From positions 50,444-114,443 of IMG/VR virus record IMGVR_UViG_3300042556_001053: a stretch of 64,000 bases of DNA. One strand, 5' to 3'. A program made the position numbers and the translations under genes. Every line of letters begins with the position of its first letter. The first letter of the stretch is position 1. The stretch is from a virus. The notes under the pieces are model-generated. The model had not been told where the DNA came from. It ran no database searches and was given only the letters and a program-made list of their open reading frames with translations. Below are positions 1 to 10,190 of this stretch, one piece after another.

Positions 1-2787
1 AAATGTTGGTGAAGCAAGTGAAGCCTTAAGATCAAGAGCTGTTTGGGTTGCTGTTGATACTGGCTTATTAGCATCTGATGTATTATCTACAGATCCCAAT
101 CCTACCATTGACTTAGTGATACCTGAAACAGTACCTGTGAATGTTGGGTTTGCTAGTGGAGCCTTAAGATCCAAAGCTACCTGTGTATCATCAGAGATTG
201 GCTTGTCAGCGTCTGATGTATTATCAACGTTACCCAAGCCTACCATTGACTTTGTTACACCAGCTACTGTACCTGTAAAGGTTGGTGAATCAATTGGTGC
301 ATATGTATCTTCTGCATCTAAAATATCAAGCTTTAGGTTTAGCTCTTCTTGAGTAGCACTTGAAACTGGCTTATTAATATCTGATGTATTATCAACATTT
401 GCAAGTCCAACCATGCTCTTTGTTATACCTGCCACTGTTCCAGTAAATGTAGGAGAAGCAATTGGTGCATAAGTTGTAGCAGCAGTTGATGAGTTAAGCT
501 TAGCATCTAAAGCAGTTTGAGTTAGTGTAGATATTGGCTTGTTAGCATCTGAAGTATTGTCAACCTGTGATAATCCAACCATTCCCTTTGTAATACCAGA
601 AACTGTTCCAGTAAATGTAGGTGAAGCTAGAGGAGCCTTAAGATCAAGAGCATTTTGAGTAGCTGTAGATATTGCCTTATCAGCATCGCTTGTATTTGCA
701 ACGTTTCCAAGTCCTACCATTGCCTTTGTTATACCAGCAACTGTTCCTGTGAAAGTTGGAGAATCAAGTGGTGCCTTAAGATCTAAAGCAGTTTGTGCAG
801 CAGTTGAAATTATCTTATCTAAATCTGATGTATTATCTACAGATCCTAGACCAACCATGGCTTTTGTTACACCAGAGACTGTCCCTGTGAAGGTTGGGTT
901 TGCTAGTGGTGCCTTTAAGTCTAATGCAGCTTGTGTTGCAGTTGATGTTGGCTTGTTAGCATCTGTTGTGTTGTCAACATTGCCTAGTCCAACCATAGCT
1001 TTGGTTATACCAGACACTGTGCCTGTAAAGGTTGGTGCTGATAGTGGGGCATAGGTATTGCTTGCTAATGTTGCTCCAAGCTTTGAATCAAGCTGACTCT
1101 GAACTGGTGCTGTTACACCATTAAGATACTGAAGCTCTGTGTTTGAAACGTCTCCAATTGTTGCAGAAGATGCTGTAAATCCAGCTACCGCTAAATCGTC
1201 TAGTGAGCCTTGTGTAAAGTCTACTGTTGTTGTTGGCTCTGTTGTAACACCCTTGAACAACTTCCACTTAGCATCAGATACGTCTCTTACAAGACCTGAG
1301 TGCTTTGCTGAACCATCGTTGTATCCAACTACAAGACCAAGGTCAACTGTATTTGCTGCATTTTGATGAGCAAGCTGAACCATGTTATCTTCAATTGTTA
1401 TAGATGTTGCTGATGCTGCAAAATTGGTTCCGTTAACTGTAAGGTCTCCCTCTACAGTAACATTTCCAGTTGCTATGAGGTCAGGTACTGTTACTTCTCC
1501 TGTAAATGTAGGTGAAGCCAAAGGAGACTTTAGGTCAAGTGCTGACTGAGTAGCTGTTGAAATTGGCTTATCAGCATCTGAAGTATTTTGTGCATTACCA
1601 AGTCCTACCATTGCCTTCGTTACACCTGAGACTGTGCCTGTAAATGTAGGTGAAGCAATAGGTGCCTTAAGGTCTAAAGCAGCTTGTGTTGCAGTTGAAA
1701 TCATCTTATCAGAATCTGATGTGTTATCTACAGAACCTAGACCAACCATAGACTTGGTTATACCAGAAACTGTTCCTGTAAAGGTTGGGTCTGCTAAAGG
1801 AGCTTTTAGATCAAGCTCTGTTTGTGTAGCATCTGAAATTGGCTTGTTAGCGTCTGATGTATTATCTACGTTTTCTAGCCCTACCATTGACTTAGTAATA
1901 CCTGATACAGTACCTGTGAATGTTGGTGCATCTAGTCTTGCAATAGTTGAGTTAACAGCAAACTGCTCATTATCTATGTCCCACTCTAATCCATCTCCCG
2001 CAAGGAGTGGATAATCTCCTGTTGAGTTTGCAATTTGATCATTAACATAGTCTTGTGTAGCAAGATCTTGTGTATCTGCAATACCGTGTACGTTTGTTGT
2101 TTCATCATTGTGTGTTGATACCGCAGAATCTGCGTAAGATTTTGTTGCTACTGTTGAATCAATATCAAGGGTAATTGTGTTGGCTATATCGTCATAAGCT
2201 TTATCAAGTCCTACTCCAGCTACAATTGCTGTATTTACGGCATCCTGTGCTAGTTCTGTAATTGCAGATGCATCTGCCTTAAGATTAAGAGCTGTCTGTG
2301 TAGCGGTTGAGATAGGCTTGTTAGCGTCTGAAGTATTGTCTACGTTTCCAAGACCAACATCTCCCTTTACTATTCCTGATGGAGAAGTAATAGTTTTGTT
2401 AGTTAAAGTTTGTGTACCAGTTGTTGTAACAAGAATGCTTGTATCTGCAATACCGTGAATATTTGTTGTATCTGATTGGTGGTTTGAAAGGTTTGTGGCA
2501 ATTGTAGTAAAAAATTCGGGATCATCATTAATAGCAGCTGCTAACTCATTAAGGGTATTAAGTGCACCAGGGGCACCGTCAATAAGCGCTGTAATTTCTG
2601 CAAGAGCACCTTCTCCATCTATGAAGTAGTTGAGGTTAACCCAATGATTAACTCCATCACCAATCTTAAACTTATTAGTGTCTAGTTCATATCCAATTTC
2701 TCCAGCATTTAGGACTGGTCCTTGGCCTGAGTTAGTAGAAATCCATTGTGCAGCGGTTCCTTTACGCTGTTGCATTCTTGTTGCCAT
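1..2787 (-). CDS. Tail fibre-like repeat protein with Mtd-type N-terminal domain (3' end beyond window)
   Basis: Not in the ORF track because it runs off the edge. ATG at 2787 reads MATRMQQRKGTAAQW...LNAGEIGYELDTNKFKIGDG, typical of the major tropism determinant N-domain, followed by about 11 copies of GTVSGITKSMVGLGNVDNTSDANKPVSTATQTALDLKAPLASPTFT. Confidence 0.8.
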   Translation of the reverse strand, partial: MATRMQQRKGTAAQWISTNSGQGPVLNAGEIGYELDTNKFKIGDGVNHWVNLNYFIDGEGALAEITALIDGAPGALNTLNELAAAINDDPEFFTTIATNLSNHQSDTTNIHGIADTSILVTTTGTQTLTNKTITSPSGIVKGDVGLGNVDNTSDANKPISTATQTALNLKADASAITELAQDAVNTAIVAGVGLDKAYDDIANTITLDIDSTVATKSYADSAVSTHNDETTNVHGIADTQDLATQDYVNDQIANSTGDYPLLAGDGLEWDIDNEQFAVNSTIARLDAPTFTGTVSGITKSMVGLENVDNTSDANKPISDATQTELDLKAPLADPTFTGTVSGITKSMVGLGSVDNTSDSDKMISTATQAALDLKAPIASPTFTGTVSGVTKAMVGLGNAQNTSDADKPISTATQSALDLKSPLASPTFTGEVTVPDLIATGNVTVEGDLTVNGTNFAASATSITIEDNMVQLAHQNAANTVDLGLVVGYNDGSAKHSGLVRDVSDAKWKLFKGVTTEPTTTVDFTQGSLDDLAVAGFTASSATIGDVSNTELQYLNGVTAPVQSQLDSKLGATLASNTYAPLSAPTFTGTVSGITKAMVGLGNVDNTTDANKPTSTATQAALDLKAPLANPTFTGTVSGVTKAMVGLGSVDNTSDLDKIISTAAQTALDLKAPLDSPTFTGTVAGITKAMVGLGNVANTSDADKAISTATQNALDLKAPLASPTFTGTVSGITKGMVGLSQVDNTSDANKPISTLTQTALDAKLNSSTAATTYAPIASPTFTGTVAGITKSMVGLANVDNTSDINKPVSSATQEELNLKLDILDAEDTYAPIDSPTFTGTVAGVTKSMVGLGNVDNTSDADKPISDDTQVALDLKAPLANPTFTGTVSGITKSMVGLGSVDNTSDANKPVSTATQTALDLKASLASPTF

Positions 2788-2832
2788 TTATTGCTCTCCC
2801 TTGGTGGTATGTAATAGTATTATAACAGATAA

Positions 2833-3291
2833 TTAGTTAAAGTTATCTGTTGCCGTTCCTCCATCCCAGGTGTATTCCCAGGATGTTGTGTTATAGCTTC
2901 CTGCACTTACTAAAACTCCTGGCTCATCATAAGATCCGCCAGAAATAAAAGTACTAACAATTAATCCATTTCCATCAATTGAAGTGTCATGGATGTGATC
3001 TTGAAGAACTTCTGCATCTTCAAGAGTTGCAATTGCTAACCATTGACCGTCATAATAGACATGAACTCTTTGTGTTACATTGTCAAACCACAAATTACCA
3101 TTTAAAGGAGATTGTGGAGGAGTATCTGAAACTGGAATAGATGGTGCTCCAGCTAGGTTATCAACATATTGCTTTGTTACCGCATGGCTTGGGCTTGTTG
3201 GTGTTCCTACAGTTACTGTTCCACCAAAGGATCCACCAAGGCCAACGATTAGCCCATTTTTGACTTTAAAATCTTTGCTATTCGTTGACAC
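2833..3291 (-). CDS. Virion structural/fibre-associated protein
   Basis: KDFKVKNGL N-terminus shared with the neighbouring gene; AVTKQYVD and GNLWFD fibre motifs. Confidence 0.6.
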   Translation of the reverse strand: MSTNSKDFKVKNGLIVGLGGSFGGTVTVGTPTSPSHAVTKQYVDNLAGAPSIPVSDTPPQSPLNGNLWFDNVTQRVHVYYDGQWLAIATLEDAEVLQDHIHDTSIDGNGLIVSTFISGGSYDEPGVLVSAGSYNTTSWEYTWDGGTATDNFN

Positions 3292-3311
3292 TTGGTTTCT
3301 CCTCTGTTAGA

Positions 3312-4991
3312 TTAAGCTACTAGTGTTCCTACAACAGTAACTGTTGAATCATTGTACTCTGTGTCTACTAACAGCTGTACATTGCTTCCTGATACTGTTG
3401 CAGAGATTGCTGATAGTGAACCGTTAGTTCCTACAATGCCGTACTCTGTGACTGAAATATTATCTGAAGAATCAAGTGTTAGAAGAACCTTTGAAATTTC
3501 AGTGTGTGTTGAGTAAGCAACCTTTACAAGGTATTCTGCTGAACGATATTCAGCCTTTGCAAAAGCGTGTGCTATCTGAACTCCTGCTGTTGGTGCTGAT
3601 AGAGTTGCTGCAACCTGCTTAGCAACTGAGTTTAACTCAACTGCTGTAAAGTTTGGAACAACTGCTTCAAGAGCATCTACTGCACGAGTGTTTGTGAAGT
3701 AAAGGTTTGTTGTACCTTCATCAAGATCATCAGTATCAGAATCTGCTACACCGTTTTCTGCGGTGATAGTAAGTCCTTCACCTGTTCCTGTAATTGTAAT
3801 ATTTGTAAGTGAAGCACCAGTCAAAAGTGATGCTGCTGAAGACTTAGCACGAGCATCTGTGAAGTACTGTGCTGAACCTTCTGCAATATCATCTGTGTCA
3901 AGTGCGTCTGCGTGATCAATTGCTGCTTGCTGTGCAAGACCAATTTCTGTGCCTGTCTTATATGCTGACCAAACCTCTGTTGAAGAAGATGATGCATCAT
4001 TGATCAAGTCATCTGCGTAGTCCTTAGCGTCTTGCTCTGCTGTGTCAGCATATGACTGGTAAGCAGTTGTAATTGCTGTCTCACGGCCATCTGTGTAAGA
4101 GTTTGCTGATGTTACTGCATCTGATTCTGCTGCATCTACATACTGCTTAGTTGCTGCTCCAAGGTTTGCTGATGGATCTGCTGAAAGGACAAGAAGTCCA
4201 GTCATTGTATCGCCAGACTTAGCTACCTTTTCACCAATTGATGTTCCAATTGTTGAAGCAAACGAAGCATCATCATTTATTGCTGCTGCAAGTTCGTTAA
4301 GTGTATCAAGAAGTTCTGGAGCACCATTTACAAGGTCTGACACCTTTTGATCAGCATAAGCTTTAGCATCTACCTCTGCTTGATCTGCGTATGCCTCGTA
4401 AGCAGTTGTGATTGCTGTCTCACGAGTATCTGTGTAAGCCTTAGCGTCTACTTCTGCCTGATCAGCGTATGCTTCGTAAGCAGTTGTAATTGCACCTTCA
4501 CGGGTGTCTGTGTATGCCTTGGCATCTACTTCTGCTTGATCTGCATATGCTTCGTAAGCATTTGTGATTGCTGTTTCTCTGCCATCAGTGTAATCATTTG
4601 CTGCTTCTTCAGCTGCTGCTGCTGCACCAATTGTATCCCAAAGACCAGTGTTAGCAGTTACTGCACGTTGATTTGTAAAGTAAAGGTTTGTACCTTCTGC
4701 AAGATCGCCTGTGTCGTGGTTTGAAATGTCTGATACTGTACCAGTTACGTTACCTGTTACGTTACCGCTTAGATTTGCTGTAATTGTTCCTGCAGCAAAG
4801 TTTCCTGAACCGTCACGCTTTACAACTGTGTCCGCTGTATTAGCAGATGTGGCTGTTCCGCCAATAAGACTAACAATGTAGTCTTGGTCTGCTTGCTTCT
4901 TTGTAAGAACATCAAATCCGCCAACGGTAGCTGTTGCACCATCAACGACAAGACCATTCTTTACTTTAAAGTTTTTATTTACTGTTGCCAT
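3312..4991 (-). CDS. Tail fibre-like protein with coiled-coil repeats
   Basis: 26-aa repeats YTDxRETAITTAYEAYADQAEVDAKA; APELLDTLNELAAAI fibre motif; DTDDLxEGxxNLYFTNxRA three times. Confidence 0.7.
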   Translation of the reverse strand: MATVNKNFKVKNGLVVDGATATVGGFDVLTKKQADQDYIVSLIGGTATSANTADTVVKRDGSGNFAAGTITANLSGNVTGNVTGTVSDISNHDTGDLAEGTNLYFTNQRAVTANTGLWDTIGAAAAAEEAANDYTDGRETAITNAYEAYADQAEVDAKAYTDTREGAITTAYEAYADQAEVDAKAYTDTRETAITTAYEAYADQAEVDAKAYADQKVSDLVNGAPELLDTLNELAAAINDDASFASTIGTSIGEKVAKSGDTMTGLLVLSADPSANLGAATKQYVDAAESDAVTSANSYTDGRETAITTAYQSYADTAEQDAKDYADDLINDASSSSTEVWSAYKTGTEIGLAQQAAIDHADALDTDDIAEGSAQYFTDARAKSSAASLLTGASLTNITITGTGEGLTITAENGVADSDTDDLDEGTTNLYFTNTRAVDALEAVVPNFTAVELNSVAKQVAATLSAPTAGVQIAHAFAKAEYRSAEYLVKVAYSTHTEISKVLLTLDSSDNISVTEYGIVGTNGSLSAISATVSGSNVQLLVDTEYNDSTVTVVGTLVA

Positions 4992-5009
4992 TTTTTATCT
5001 CCTTGTTGG

Positions 5010-5456
5010 TTATGCCTTTAAACCCATACGAGCAAATCGTACGGTTATAGGCGTAATACCCACTGCTGGCGTTACAGAAAGATTTACTGTATTCGCCACC
5101 CTAGAGACGCTAATGGTGCCAATATTCCCATCATTGTCTATTGTTCCATATTCGCTGACTGATACATCTGTACCGTCAACCAAAATTGTCATTTCTGTTG
5201 CGTAGAACTTATTATCTCCAGCAGTTGTCTTTTTGATGGAGATTATGTATTTGACCATGCGCCATGCAGTAGCATCAAAATTATCAATTACCGTTGCTGA
5301 TTCAATACCGTTAACAGTATTTTCATTATTACCTGCAGAACCTAAGTCTGTTGATTGAGCAGCCGTAGTATCAATTAGGTTTTCATAATCTGTCTGTGTA
5401 GGACGATCACCTGTTTGAAATGTTGACTTTATTGTGCTTATTGGGAGCTTAGCCAT
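5010..5456 (-). CDS. Virion protein, paralogous to the C-terminal domain of 3312..4991
   Basis: Shared SVSEYGT/SVTEYGI...NGxxxxISxxxxxxxVxLxV pattern. Confidence 0.6.
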   Translation of the reverse strand: MAKLPISTIKSTFQTGDRPTQTDYENLIDTTAAQSTDLGSAGNNENTVNGIESATVIDNFDATAWRMVKYIISIKKTTAGDNKFYATEMTILVDGTDVSVSEYGTIDNDGNIGTISVSRVANTVNLSVTPAVGITPITVRFARMGLKA

Positions 5457-5479
5457 GTCCTAATTATAGCATATTTATA

Positions 5480-5704
5480 TTAAAGTATATAATTACTGTA
5501 GCCAATGATTTGAAGCGGAATTGGAGGAACAGCGCTTGCTCCGCCTGCTTCAATGCGAATTGCTGTTAGTCTAATTCTAAACGGTAGTGTAGAGTTTATA
5601 ACTACATTTTTGCTTGGAGCGCTAATGCTTGTTCTAATTGCAAAATCTTGTTCAATTCTTTTTGTAAATACTGGCCTGTCTTCATAAATCTTAACAGTAG
5701 CCAT
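5480..5704 (-). CDS. Hypothetical protein
   Basis: Translationally coupled (TAATG) to the upstream gene. Confidence 0.6.
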   Translation of the reverse strand: MATVKIYEDRPVFTKRIEQDFAIRTSISAPSKNVVINSTLPFRIRLTAIRIEAGGASAVPPIPLQIIGYSNYIL

Positions 5705-6117
5705 TATGCAGTTACATCCTCAAGGACAATGAGTCTGCCTTGAGCTACCGTCCAAACTATTGCATCTCCTCCAAGTGAAACTTCAATATCAAAAATATCA
5801 TTGGTTTGAAGAGTTGCAGTTTGACTTGCTGACAGAGAAACTGTAAATTCTCCAACAAGATCGTCTGCATCTTGAATTGGTGTTAAAGTTAAAAGCAAAG
5901 TTGCTGTATCTGTTATTTCTCCAGGAACTACTGGGCTTGTAGTAGGACGCTTTATCTGCATAGAAATATTCCAGTCAGGGATAACTAAAGGTACTTTAGC
6001 GTCATCAGTTAAATAAACCTTAAATGCTGCTGTATCGCCCTTGACAAAAGTCCAATTTACGAATGGTGGTCTTTCACCAATATCATATGTAGATGCTTGT
6101 CCTCTGAATGTAGCCAT
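5704..6117 (-). CDS. Baseplate/tail beta-sandwich-type protein
   Basis: Likely leaderless start MATFRGQ after TGGTATAAT; WTFVKGD motif shared with 18373..18774. Confidence 0.55.
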   Translation of the reverse strand: MATFRGQASTYDIGERPPFVNWTFVKGDTAAFKVYLTDDAKVPLVIPDWNISMQIKRPTTSPVVPGEITDTATLLLTLTPIQDADDLVGEFTVSLSASQTATLQTNDIFDIEVSLGGDAIVWTVAQGRLIVLEDVTA

Positions 6118-6259
6118 TTTTATATTATACCACGATGAAAACAACAAATAAAATAATTTAAAAAAATATTACAAAAGGTTGCCTTTTGGGTCAATTTCAT
6201 GTTATACTTAGATAGTGCTACCAACAGGTAGCATCTTTAGTCTCTAGGAGGTTATTATT

Positions 6260-6832
6260 ATGAGAAGAGATAAAAAGATTTGGATTGGAATCCTTGCTGC
6301 ACTTGGGCTTATTGCACCACTAAGTAATGCAGCTAATGCTTTAAGTACTGAAAATAACTTGAGTAAACCAGCCATTGCTGAACCTTCAACCGCCAAGGCG
6401 GTTTTTTTGGTTTCTAAGCCTAAAAGTCTGGTAGCAGTAAAAAAGAACCTAAATGTTCTACATAAGTATCAGGATGCTGTTAGTCTTACAGACCGTCAGT
6501 TAAAGGAGCTTTTGCATGCCGTTGGTTTTCGTGGCCAAGGCCTAGTAAAGGCTTGGGCGGTAGCTAAGAAAGAGTCTAATGGCCGTCCACTAGCTTTTAA
6601 TGGCAATGTTAAGACTGGTGACAACTCTTACGGTATATTTCAAATCAATATGCTTGGAATGCTAAAAGAAGGTCGTCAAGATAAGTTTGGCCTAAACTTT
6701 AATAGTGAGCTCTTAAACCCTGTTATCAATGCACAGGTTGCATATCACATGAGTAATGGTGGAAAGAACTGGTCTGCTTGGAAAGGCATGACTCCAAGAA
6801 CCAAGTCCTGGATGGCTAAGTTCCCTTACTAA
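6260..6832 (+). CDS. Secreted lytic transglycosylase (SLT/lysozyme-like)
   Basis: Signal peptide; AVAKKESNG (catalytic Glu) and SYGIFQIN motifs; AGGAGG RBS; TTGCCT...TGTTATACT promoter. Confidence 0.8.
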   Translation: MRRDKKIWIGILAALGLIAPLSNAANALSTENNLSKPAIAEPSTAKAVFLVSKPKSLVAVKKNLNVLHKYQDAVSLTDRQLKELLHAVGFRGQGLVKAWAVAKKESNGRPLAFNGNVKTGDNSYGIFQINMLGMLKEGRQDKFGLNFNSELLNPVINAQVAYHMSNGGKNWSAWKGMTPRTKSWMAKFPY

Positions 6833-7407
6833 AAAGGCAAATTTTTATTAAGAACTGTTGGGTGCTCATCATTACCTCTCATAAATATTGTTGAGAAGTA
6901 TCTAGGCGAATCATCTAAAACTGGAAGAGATCCATGCATAACTTCTCCTCCATGAAGTAGGGCTGAGCCAGCTTTTGGTTTAATAGTTATTCCTAATTCT
7001 GGGTAGTCAAGCTCTCCACCAAGATAGTTATCATTATAATATATTACAAGGCCATAGCCTAAATAATATCCTTCAGGGGTTGTATCATTATCACGATGTT
7101 GCTTTATTTGATCGCCTTTTTTAAACCTAGAAATCTTTAATTCTTGTTCACAAAAAAAATATGATGGGAATATGTAGTCAACCTTATCAAAAACCAAGCT
7201 TCTACACAAATCTTTATGATCATAAAGGAACAAACTTTTATCGTGCCATAAACTATATTCATCTGAAATTTCATTAAGATCAGTCCAGCCATCTTGTTTT
7301 TTATCAGAAAGTATATTTAAAATTAAAGACAGTTCTTCTTGATTTAAAAAGTTTTCAATTTCATAAACATCCTCTGCAAGTTTGTTAATTTTAAAATTGT
7401 ATTTCAT
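6829..7407 (-). CDS. 2OG-Fe(II) oxygenase, prolyl 4-hydroxylase-like
   Basis: HRD...YYNDNYLGGEL...KPKAG...H...R motifs. Confidence 0.85.
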   Translation of the reverse strand: MKYNFKINKLAEDVYEIENFLNQEELSLILNILSDKKQDGWTDLNEISDEYSLWHDKSLFLYDHKDLCRSLVFDKVDYIFPSYFFCEQELKISRFKKGDQIKQHRDNDTTPEGYYLGYGLVIYYNDNYLGGELDYPELGITIKPKAGSALLHGGEVMHGSLPVLDDSPRYFSTIFMRGNDEHPTVLNKNLPF

Positions 7408-8076
7408 TTAACCAAACTTACTACTACCTATATGGTTCATTTCAATATGATTAATATTAAAATGACTTGGAAGATCTGATACCCACCTAATAGACTCTGC
7501 AAGATCTTCAGCAGTCAAGGCTATTTCACGTCTTTCTGTTTGTGTATCAATAGTTCCTGGGCATATTTCAGTAACCTTAATGCCGTAAGCAGGAAACTCT
7601 AAACGCATAGTATCAACTAGTGCCATCATTCCTCTTTTAGCGTTTATATAGTTACCACCACTACGGTATGGAACCTTTCCACCCAAGGAACTTATAAATA
7701 TAATAGTTGGAGACTTAGACCTTTGCATGCATGGAACAAAAAGCTGTGAAAGGTACATAGGTCCAGAGACATTTATTTCGTAGGCAATTCTAAAATTATC
7801 CATTGTTTCATTTATAAGCATTGTTGGACCTGATCCACCACCAGCATTATTAACTAGAAGGTCAAGTGTGATATCTTTGTATTTTTCAAAAAAAGACTTA
7901 ATCTCTTCAGGATTAGTTATGTCCATCTTGTATGTTTCAACATTGTCAGATACAAGCTCATTGACCTTAGAAAGGTTTCTAGAGACAGCTATAACCTTGT
8001 AGCCACTCTCAGACAGAAGTTTTACTGTAGCATAGCCAACGCCCTTGCTAGCCCCTGTAACTATGGCTGTTTTCAT
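7408..8076 (-). CDS. Short-chain dehydrogenase/reductase
   Basis: TGASKGVG, NNAG, YINAK (YxxxK), CPG motifs. Confidence 0.9.
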   Translation of the reverse strand: MKTAIVTGASKGVGYATVKLLSESGYKVIAVSRNLSKVNELVSDNVETYKMDITNPEEIKSFFEKYKDITLDLLVNNAGGGSGPTMLINETMDNFRIAYEINVSGPMYLSQLFVPCMQRSKSPTIIFISSLGGKVPYRSGGNYINAKRGMMALVDTMRLEFPAYGIKVTEICPGTIDTQTERREIALTAEDLAESIRWVSDLPSHFNINHIEMNHIGSSKFG

Positions 8077-8777
8077 CTGTTGTCCGTAGGCTGTGTACCG
8101 CCAGATAAGTCGTTATACCAGTGCATAGGTATCATATATTTAAAACCACTTTTTACAAGGTGAGCTGTATGATGATAAGGAGGAGAAGATGGGAATATAA
8201 TTACGCTTCCAGCTTCTGGTTTAATTCCTATTGTTATTCTGTCAGAATCCTTGGACAAAGAGTAGTCTTCTGATGGCTTTCCATTAATAATAGGGGCATC
8301 TGGGGACTCTATGGTAAAAGATAATTCGCCACCTTCGTAGTCATCATTTAAATAAAACACTAAAGAGTATCTTAACCTAGTGTCCCCTTCTTGTTGATCA
8401 AAGTGTGCACCCATAAAGGTTCCAGCGCTATATTTTTTAATATCAAAGGCTGGTAGAATCATTGGCTCTTCCATGTCTCCTTTTGATACTGCATAGTCTT
8501 TGCAGACATTATAGAATAAATCAGTTATTGTGTTATATATGTAACTAACAGGGCTAGCATCTTTATCTGCTATTTTTTCAGAATCAGATGGCTGAACAGT
8601 TTTTTGAGATCCATACAAATACATCTCTCCACTGCAGGCTGTCCACTCATTCCATTTAGTCAAGGATGTGCCATAGTCTTTGCTCTCAGTGGCTTCAATC
8701 ATTTCTATAAACTTTTTTGGATCTGCTATTGCATTTTTATAGTAATATATGTTTTCTTCAAGTATTTCTCTTTGCAT
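8073..8777 (-). CDS. 2OG-Fe(II) oxygenase, P4H-like
   Basis: HFD...YLNDDYEGGEL...HHTAH. Confidence 0.85.
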   Translation of the reverse strand: MQREILEENIYYYKNAIADPKKFIEMIEATESKDYGTSLTKWNEWTACSGEMYLYGSQKTVQPSDSEKIADKDASPVSYIYNTITDLFYNVCKDYAVSKGDMEEPMILPAFDIKKYSAGTFMGAHFDQQEGDTRLRYSLVFYLNDDYEGGELSFTIESPDAPIINGKPSEDYSLSKDSDRITIGIKPEAGSVIIFPSSPPYHHTAHLVKSGFKYMIPMHWYNDLSGGTQPTDNR

Positions 8778-9520
8778 TACATTATCCCCTTATTTGATTG
8801 TTGAGGATACATGCTCATGTTGTTGTGTATCCAATGACCTGGAACCATATACTTAAATCCAGACTTTACTGTATGTGCTATATGAAAATATGGTGCTTTT
8901 GCAGGAAAAATTATTACGCTATTTGCTTTTGGCTTTATTCCAAAGTCTATTGATTTGCTTGCCTTGGCTATTTCATAATCTAGGTCTACACCTGGTGCTC
9001 CATGAACCCAGCCTTCGGAGCTATTCCATCCACCATCATAGTCTTTAAGCTGAAATGAAATTTCTCCGCCTTCACAGTCATCATTTAAATACATGACTAA
9101 AGAATATCTTAGTGTTTCATCTCCATCTAGTTGATCAAAGTGTGCTCCCATAGATCTTCCAGTATTATACTTTTTAATATTAAATGTTGGAAACAGATTT
9201 GGCTCATCGTAGTCTCCAAGAGATAAAGCATAATCTTTACATACATTATGAAACGTTTTCATAACAGCATCATAAATATACTTGGTTTTTTCTCCAACCT
9301 CGTCTTTTAATTTATTAATTGAATCTAAATTAAAGGTTTTGGTTTCACCATAGATAAAAGACTTATCGTTAGAAGATGTCCAAGGCTCCCAAACATTTAC
9401 GTTATGTTCACTTGATGCGTCCAATGCGTCCAGCTCTTTTAAAATTTTCTGAAAAGTATCAAAATTTTCTATTGCATCAGTATAATAATAAACCTTTGGA
9501 TCTAAAATTTCTTTATTCAT
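8777..9520 (-). CDS. 2OG-Fe(II) oxygenase, P4H-like (close paralog of 8073..8777)
   Basis: MGAHFDQ...LRYSLVMYLNDDCEGGEI...FHIAH. Confidence 0.85.
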   Translation of the reverse strand: MNKEILDPKVYYYTDAIENFDTFQKILKELDALDASSEHNVNVWEPWTSSNDKSFIYGETKTFNLDSINKLKDEVGEKTKYIYDAVMKTFHNVCKDYALSLGDYDEPNLFPTFNIKKYNTGRSMGAHFDQLDGDETLRYSLVMYLNDDCEGGEISFQLKDYDGGWNSSEGWVHGAPGVDLDYEIAKASKSIDFGIKPKANSVIIFPAKAPYFHIAHTVKSGFKYMVPGHWIHNNMSMYPQQSNKGIM

Positions 9521-9529
9521 TCTGTCTCC

Positions 9530-10189
9530 TTAATATTTATTATTTTCATAGAAGTTTTTTTCTTTTATAAAACCAACTAGAACATATCTAATTGGTCCCT
9601 CACCAACTGGAATTACTCCGTGATGAAAATCGCTAGTTCCTGGGAAAATAAGAAGTGATCCCTTTTTAGGTTTTATTTTTAAATCTAAGTTTTTAAAAAA
9701 CAATTCTCCATCAGCATACTCATCATTAAGATATAAAATGGTTGCATAACGAATTGAGGGATCTGTGTCTTGATCTGTATGAGCCTTTAGTTCAACTCCA
9801 GGCTGCATCCTTTGCAATGTAGCTAGTCCACTTAGCTCTAAATTACTTCCTTCATTAACTACGGCTTTATTTAGTCTTTGATATACAGTGTGATAGATTG
9901 GATATGCCCTTATTACCAGATTCTTGTCTTCCCAGTTTCTGGTGATCTCAAACTTTCCTTCAGCAACAAGATTGTCAACGTCATCTCTACCAAATTTTTC
10001 CATACAGAATCTTTTAAGGTTGGAAGTATATTCTATAAACCAATCCTCGTCTGGTGTATTGTTGATAATCTCTAAATAGTCGTCTATTTCTTCTTGAGAA
10101 ATAAAATCTTCTAATAAAAGTAGATCTTTTGATATTTCTTCAAATTTTATTCCTAGATCAGTTAGCTCTTTTGTAAGATATGCAGACAT
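9530..10189 (-). CDS. 2OG-Fe(II) oxygenase, P4H-like
   Basis: HTD...YLNDEYADGEL...HGV...R. Confidence 0.85.
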   Translation of the reverse strand: MSAYLTKELTDLGIKFEEISKDLLLLEDFISQEEIDDYLEIINNTPDEDWFIEYTSNLKRFCMEKFGRDDVDNLVAEGKFEITRNWEDKNLVIRAYPIYHTVYQRLNKAVVNEGSNLELSGLATLQRMQPGVELKAHTDQDTDPSIRYATILYLNDEYADGELFFKNLDLKIKPKKGSLLIFPGTSDFHHGVIPVGEGPIRYVLVGFIKEKNFYENNKY

Positions 10190-10190
10190 A

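Noticed and set aside
116-2014. Plus-strand ORFs with repeated TVPVNVG motifs
   Set aside because: Antisense shadows of the minus-strand repeat fibre gene; broken by stops and lacking RBS.
2600-2787. Diversity-generating retroelement suggested by the Mtd-type domain
   Set aside because: Only the N-terminal anchor domain is visible; no reverse transcriptase or TR/VR pair in the window.
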